Source of the DNA: a virus
Taxonomy: Duplodnaviria > Caudoviricetes
Length of the DNA: 64,000 nucleotides
Strand: one strand, 5' to 3'
Virus record (IMG/VR): IMGVR_UViG_3300050343_000266
Location: 8,333-72,332 of that record
Below are positions 58,702 through 64,000 of the stretch, in pieces. Position 1 is the first letter of the stretch, and each line of letters begins with the position of its first letter. A program made the translations under genes and the position numbers. Under the pieces are notes generated by a model that was given only the letters and a program-made list of their open reading frames with translations, was not told where the DNA came from and made no database searches.

Positions 58702-59127
58702 TTAAGCAACAGGTTCGAGAGCAGGAGCTTTGTCGATAACGACGTCACCTGCGTCTTCTTTCTTGTAAGCACCGTAGCCACCACTCAACACAACAGCGTT
58801 GCTGAGTTTGAGCTCAGGGCGACGACGATACTCTGTTTTACCTGTCTTTTTGTCGAAGTAGGTTTCAGAGAAACCAGACAGATGACCGGTGACAGTAATC
58901 GTACGTCCTGTCCAATCGCGATTGGATTTGATGAAGGTGTCAAGCAAACCGTTGTTGCTGTTGATCTTGACGGCAATAGCTTGTCCATCACTGACAAGAT
59001 CAGAAAGAACGGTCATGGAGAGAAACTCTCCATACTGACCGACAACGAGCTCTGCGAAGGACACTCGACCAGTGATGGTGAGAGCGTTGAAGTCCGCAAA
59101 GGTCTTCTTGTCGTTGGAAGTTGTCAT
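58702..59127 (-). CDS. SSB-like OB-fold protein
   Basis: NALTITGRV...GRTITVTGHL...YFDKKTG....RPEL. Confidence 0.6.
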   Translation of the reverse strand: MTTSNDKKTFADFNALTITGRVSFAELVVGQYGEFLSMTVLSDLVSDGQAIAVKINSNNGLLDTFIKSNRDWTGRTITVTGHLSGFSETYFDKKTGKTEYRRRPELKLSNAVVLSGGYGAYKKEDAGDVVIDKAPALEPVA

Positions 59128-59187
59128 GAGAAAAAACTCATATAAAGAACACGAGAAAAAAGAGGACCCATTAGGGTCCGCAGGTTG

Positions 59188-62100
59188 TTACTCACAACAG
59201 GGTGCTGGTATGACAGTGAAATCGTCATCGCAGACACTGATTGTCGTGAGGATGTTCATGATTGCCTGGAACTTACCGGCATCTTTTGCCCATCCAATTG
59301 CAAGAGCTACGTCATGGTCTTCAAAAAGACGTTCAGAAGCTTTTGTGTGCCATTCCATAAGACTATGGATGATCTCACAGGCAGCAAGCTTGTGAACAAT
59401 CGGATGATTGATTTCGTCAGTCATGTCAGAGAGCTTGTCACGGACAACAGCTGAGACTTCGTCTGCAGTACGTCCGTCATAGGAAGCTGCTTCTTTATCT
59501 ACAGGCTCCACTTCTTGTTGAGCATTGACCATCAGATCTGCAAGATCTTCGAAGGAAATGCTGTCAGGAGTTGCGCTCATATGTTATGCGTAAAGAACAT
59601 TAGAAACTTAAGGACCCATTAGGGTCCAAAGTTTTACCTGTGAGCTACTTGCTTAGCGATACGGATATAACGCTTACGCTTGTTAGCCAGGTAGTTTGCC
59701 AGAATGATGTTCATAGTCTCCATATGTAGTACATAAGTGAAAAAAGCCCCCATAAGGGGGCATAGGGTCATACTTCTGCTAAAAATGCACCAAAGTCGTG
59801 TAGTTTCTCGCCACAGATGGCAAGTACTAATCCGACATTGTTTACACCTTTGCGGCAGCGTTGTCCGACATCATTCCAATCAATTGACTTGATAGCAGAT
59901 ACTGCATCATCGATTGGGGGGAAGGCAGGTGTCTTACTTGCATAAGCACGCTCTTCCGCCATGTCTAGAGTCTCATTTAAAGAGACTGGTGCTGTTGAGA
60001 TGATAGTCATTAACGACAATCAAAGAACAGAAGTAAAAAGAGACCCCATTAGGGGCCTCGTGTTCTTAGTGATGAGGTCGGCGGCATAGCCACTCATCTG
60101 ATTCCATCATCGCTTCACGGATGATGTATGCACGACGTGCCGCTTCTTCGGAAAGCTCTTGATATTCAAGAGTACCGGGGCAGTCATGCGGATCCAGAGG
60201 TAATTCAGTCATACCTATATTGTTATGGACAATAGAGTCAAAACCCCCCATTAGGGGGGTCTTATGTGTTACTCAGACGAGCGCAGCACAGAAGTGTGCA
60301 TGCTCAGCGTCAGAAATGAAATCACCGATTGCTTCGTTGACAAGAGGTACAGAACCATCGTTTAGATAGGTGTACTCCTCTTCTTTCGTGAGGTAGCTGA
60401 AGGCGTCTTCGTTCTGAGCAACTACGAGACTTATGCCAGGTACCAGTGTGTCACTGATGATCTGGAAGTCGAAAGTAGTCGCCATAAAGACAGAATGATG
60501 AAGAACATCAATTCTTAGAGGACCCATTAGGGTCCTAGGCTGTCCATTCTTCGGAAGCTTCAGGCAACAAATCGTGCTCTATTTGGAGCTCGTTGATTGT
60601 TTCCTTAAGCTGATCGGCAGCACGTTCATATGCGAGTAGTCTCTTTTGTAGGACAGCGATTTCATCCGCTGCTTGTTTCTGTCTGAGCTCTGCATATTTG
60701 GCATCTGAGATGACATAGACATCTCCGCCAAAGGGGATTTGAGCCATATCGTTTATCAAATGGAAGGGTGAGAGGTTATAGAAGGACATCCTGCTTCTTT
60801 ATATATACCGGACTTTACTAAGATAGACTGTCCAGGTCTCTACGTTGGTGAGTAGGACCGCCCTGATTCTTGGTAATTTCCCGAACCATGTCGTCGTAGA
60901 AGTCGTCGCCAAACTGTCGTCGTACCTTCTTCTCTAGGTCTACTCCACCAAGTACAGATACATCGTTATAGATGATCTGATAAAGGTAGGATAGTGCCTT
61001 CTGGTGAGACATACTTTCCACTACAGCGGAAGCATACTCTTCCTTAGCTCTCATGAGCTCTCGTCCTGTTAATGCAGTCATCACTGATATCGTCCGTTAG
61101 ATGTACGGTTGCGCTTGAAGCTATAAGTTGCAACTGTAGCTGTAGCAAACAGTCCCAACATACCAATGATAGCCAGGATGATTGTAGATGAGTCGTATGT
61201 AATCATTAGATGATGATATAAAGAACATCGTTAAATAGACCACCCATTAGGGTGGATATTCCTATGGTGCAACCACTGCTATGTCTTCCTTAGGGAAGAT
61301 GAATGGCAGTAGAACCATAGGGAATGCTAGCACTTCCATGTGGAGACCCACGGTAATTGCTGCATAGATTGGTAGTAGAACTTTCATAGTCTGTGTATAG
61401 ATAACACAGAAGAAAAGAGAGCTTGTTAATGCTCTAGTTCATGGCAGGAGGAGAGAATCTCCACTGCTTCTTTATTAGTGATTGTTCCTTGTTGTGTGGC
61501 ATATGCCAACTCCGTCGCCACCTCAGTACACATAAGTGAACTATTAGGTGGTACGGGAGTGAACAACAGAGGGATAAGTAGTATCGTCTTAATCATTTCT
61601 TAATAAGCCTTATACAATACAATGAGGGTACTGATAGTTACATAGTAATGCGTAGAACACCCTCAGTATCGAATGGCAGCATCATCAGCCAGTAATCGAC
61701 GATATGTAATCGATATGGAAAAGATTGAGCCGGGACATACTGTCAGGAAACTGTTGGAACAAGATCCGATCGAGATTGATGACAGAGTATGCAGAAGGAG
61801 TACGTAACAGGGTAATGGTAGATAGTCCGCAGAGGTAATGTTGATACTATGAGAAACACTGTGGGAGCAGTGATAGGTACACCATTGGGACATGGACTAC
61901 CAGAAGTTGTAGGTGACCCACGGTTGATTGATCAGATTGCAAGGTATGCAGTACCTGCTGCTTCTGCAGGAATCCCACTAGCAGCAGCAAGGTATCTGGA
62001 ATCCCACTAGCAGCAGCAAGTTCACACAATGGCAGATGCAACTGTAGGTGACATTTGAGTTCGGTACGATTACATCAGTCAGTATAGGTCAGTCGTTTCA

Positions 62101-63600
62101 AGAACATTTACTTAAACAGATGACTAAAAAACCCCCCGTAAGGGGGGAAGTGAGCTCAAGCCGCGGAGGCGGAGGGAGCGGAAGTGTCAGAAGTCTTTAG
62201 CGTCTGCTTTGTCATTCATGGTGTTCAATGACCTTCTTAGCTGAGTAGAAGGAACCACCGACAGCAATACTGTCGATGCCACCATCAGCGTGTTGTACGC
62301 CTACATCAAAGACGTCGTACTGTGAATCACCCGTCTCGACACGGTCGAATAGACGGAGAGACAGGTCAGTACCAGGAATGCGAATCATAGATTTGTATGT
62401 ATAGAACAATGCCGTATAGGCAAGAAGAAATAGAGAGCGCGTTAGCGCTCAACAGTTGTGTGTACTGGAGCTATGCAGCCAGAGCTGTCACCCAGTACTT
62501 GTACCAAGGCCAGTCACGTTGATAACGTTGACGTAGAGCTGTTGCTCTTTCATATGACATTGGAGGGTAGGTCATAGTTGAGACTTGACCATTACGCTCA
62601 ACGAGTAGTTGATACATGAGTGAGATATATAGAGAACACGAAGAAATAACCCCCGCGTTAGCAGGGGAATAAAATCTACGACCAAGCAGCAGGACCACGT
62701 GTGATTGCCCAATAAAGGGGAGGCATTGGGCCATAGAGAGAAGGCCCGACATAGACGTCTCCATTTAATGGTTACGAATTGGAGGTCAGTAAGTTCATAC
62801 CAGTAGGACATAAGTGTGATAAGATAAAGAACACAGTGAAATAAACCCCGCGTTAGCGGGGGATATAGTTCAACAAGGAACGTAGCCATCAGCCTTAAGT
62901 AAGGCGTAGACAGCACGAGCTGTATGGCGATCAGATTCGCACTACATCACATTCTTCCCACTGACCCTGAGGTCCGAGAGGTAGTTCCCCACGTTGATGG
63001 GGTGTGATAAGCACTTCGTCCATTTCGCGGTTCAGGTTACCCTCTAAGTCAACGCCGGAGCCAGGTAAATACCGTGAAGGTAATTATGTCGTCCATTAAC
63101 ATGTCGCGAAGGTTGAAGACTTGAACGGTCAGTAGACATGAGTGCATACTCATAAAGAACATAGTGAAATAAACCCCGCGTTCGGGGGAACTATGTCTAG
63201 AAAGGAATTTCATCGAACTCAACTTTCTCCATAGGCTGATCAAGGAAGAGTGGATACTCTTCATCAGGAGCATTACAGTCATAGTTGTGGACAACGCCAA
63301 CGTAGTTGCCGTCCTCATCTATGTACGTGTAACCCGAGTTACCGAACTGTTGAAGGAAGATCATGATGTAATTATGAGAAAAACACAGTGAAATAGACCA
63401 CCCATTTGGGTGGCCATTGTTGTTAGAAGATAAGGTTGTTAATTTGCTGTGATGAGGGGACATAGTCCAGACGAACGTCGTCCCAGTCCTCGAAGGACTT
63501 TGCAAATGACTTAGCTTCTTGATACGAGTGGAAGCATTCACGTACAGCTGCGAAGCTGTCGTTACCGCTGATGTCGTAGAAGGTGACTGTGTACATCTGA
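59188..63600 (-). CDS. array of small early genes (e.g. 59188-59580, 59768-60019, 60066-60212, 60273-60485, 60535-60747, 60818-61084, 62212-62388 and further short ORFs)
   Basis: Short co-oriented ORFs, almost all preceded by the hairpin + TGTTCT module. Confidence 0.6.
61648..62060 (+). pseudogene. + strand gene broken by several frameshifts, with a 23-bp direct repeat
   Basis: MRRTPQYRMAA... continues in shifting frames; GGAATCCCACTAGCAGCAGCAAG at 61969 and 61998; TACAAT boxes upstream. Confidence 0.4.
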
Positions 63601-64000
63601 ATGATGTAAAGAACACTCACAGACACAGAGCGCGTTAGCGCTCAATAACCCTCACGAGTTCCCTTAGTGGTAGGTGTGGTAGGTTCACACAACACAGAGG
63701 CCGAGAGACATCTAATGTTACGCACAAGTTCTAACGTGAGTTATGAACGACAGTTAGACAACTGAAGTAACTGGTGCTTACAAATGTGAACGCAAGACGA
63801 GAACGAACACAACACAATAGTTAACATCTTATGTTGAACTAAAGATATTGTGTGAGTTCTACTTGCGTGAACAGAAGAATAAACGTGAGCTCGATTACGA
63901 GCGAACAACAGTTGTAACGAGCGAGCGAAGCGAGCGGGTGAAACCTTGTGTTCTACTAGTTTATTTTTTTTGTTCCACCGGCCGATCGGGAACAGAGGGT

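Larger units (their letters stand above)
55161..63643 (-). repeat. dispersed intergenic hairpin + TGTTCT module (further copies at 45938, 46346, ~51684)
   Basis: 6-bp GC stems with ATTA/GTTA-type loop on + at 55471, 59164, 59612, 59746, 60243, 60520, 61240, 62132, 62435, 62846, 63398, 63628; AAGAACA-like box typically 10-30 nt to the left. Confidence 0.9.

Noticed and set aside
58670-63650. CRISPR array or integron attC array
   Set aside because: Repeats vary in primary sequence, spacing is gene-sized and irregular, no cas genes or attC R-box consensus are present, and the integrase lacks the IntI insertion

Overview
This is a 64-kb stretch, probably most of the genome, of a tailed dsDNA cyanophage infecting picocyanobacteria. 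The gene set (N4-gp56-like capsid, T7-like DNA polymerase A, cyanophage class I RNR, thyX, psbA, hli) recalls the S-EIV1-like lineage; that assignment is from memory and not verified. The left ~28 kb is mostly + strand: a sigma-70 fragment, head and tail genes, three tail fibres, a GH19 endolysin, small basic proteins, and a tyrosine integrase beside a tRNA-Ser 3'-end fragment (attP-like). It also carries NblA-like genes, an outer-membrane beta-barrel, and a glutamine (Downstream-peptide) riboswitch. The region 28-52 kb (- strand) holds replication and nucleotide metabolism genes, IF-1, a SET-domain gene, hli, and psbA followed by an Endo VII nuclease. The right end is an array of small early genes plus tRNA-Asp. 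Four features stand out. (1) About 17-20 covarying 6-bp hairpins with an RTTA-type loop and a TGTTCT box precede nearly every early gene. (2) Four apparently catalytically dead enzymes (HNH, adenine MTase, M15 peptidase, dCMP deaminase folds) cluster between the primase-helicase and the polymerase, with a fifth near the capsid gene. (3) A SET-domain gene is flanked by a basic protein resembling the histone H3 tail and by an extremely Met/Pro-rich protein. (4) The same inverted CGTAG double-repeat architecture occurs at two loci 29.5 kb apart. Several single-base frameshifts suggest residual indel errors in the assembly. All family calls come from motif recognition by eye; no database searches were run.
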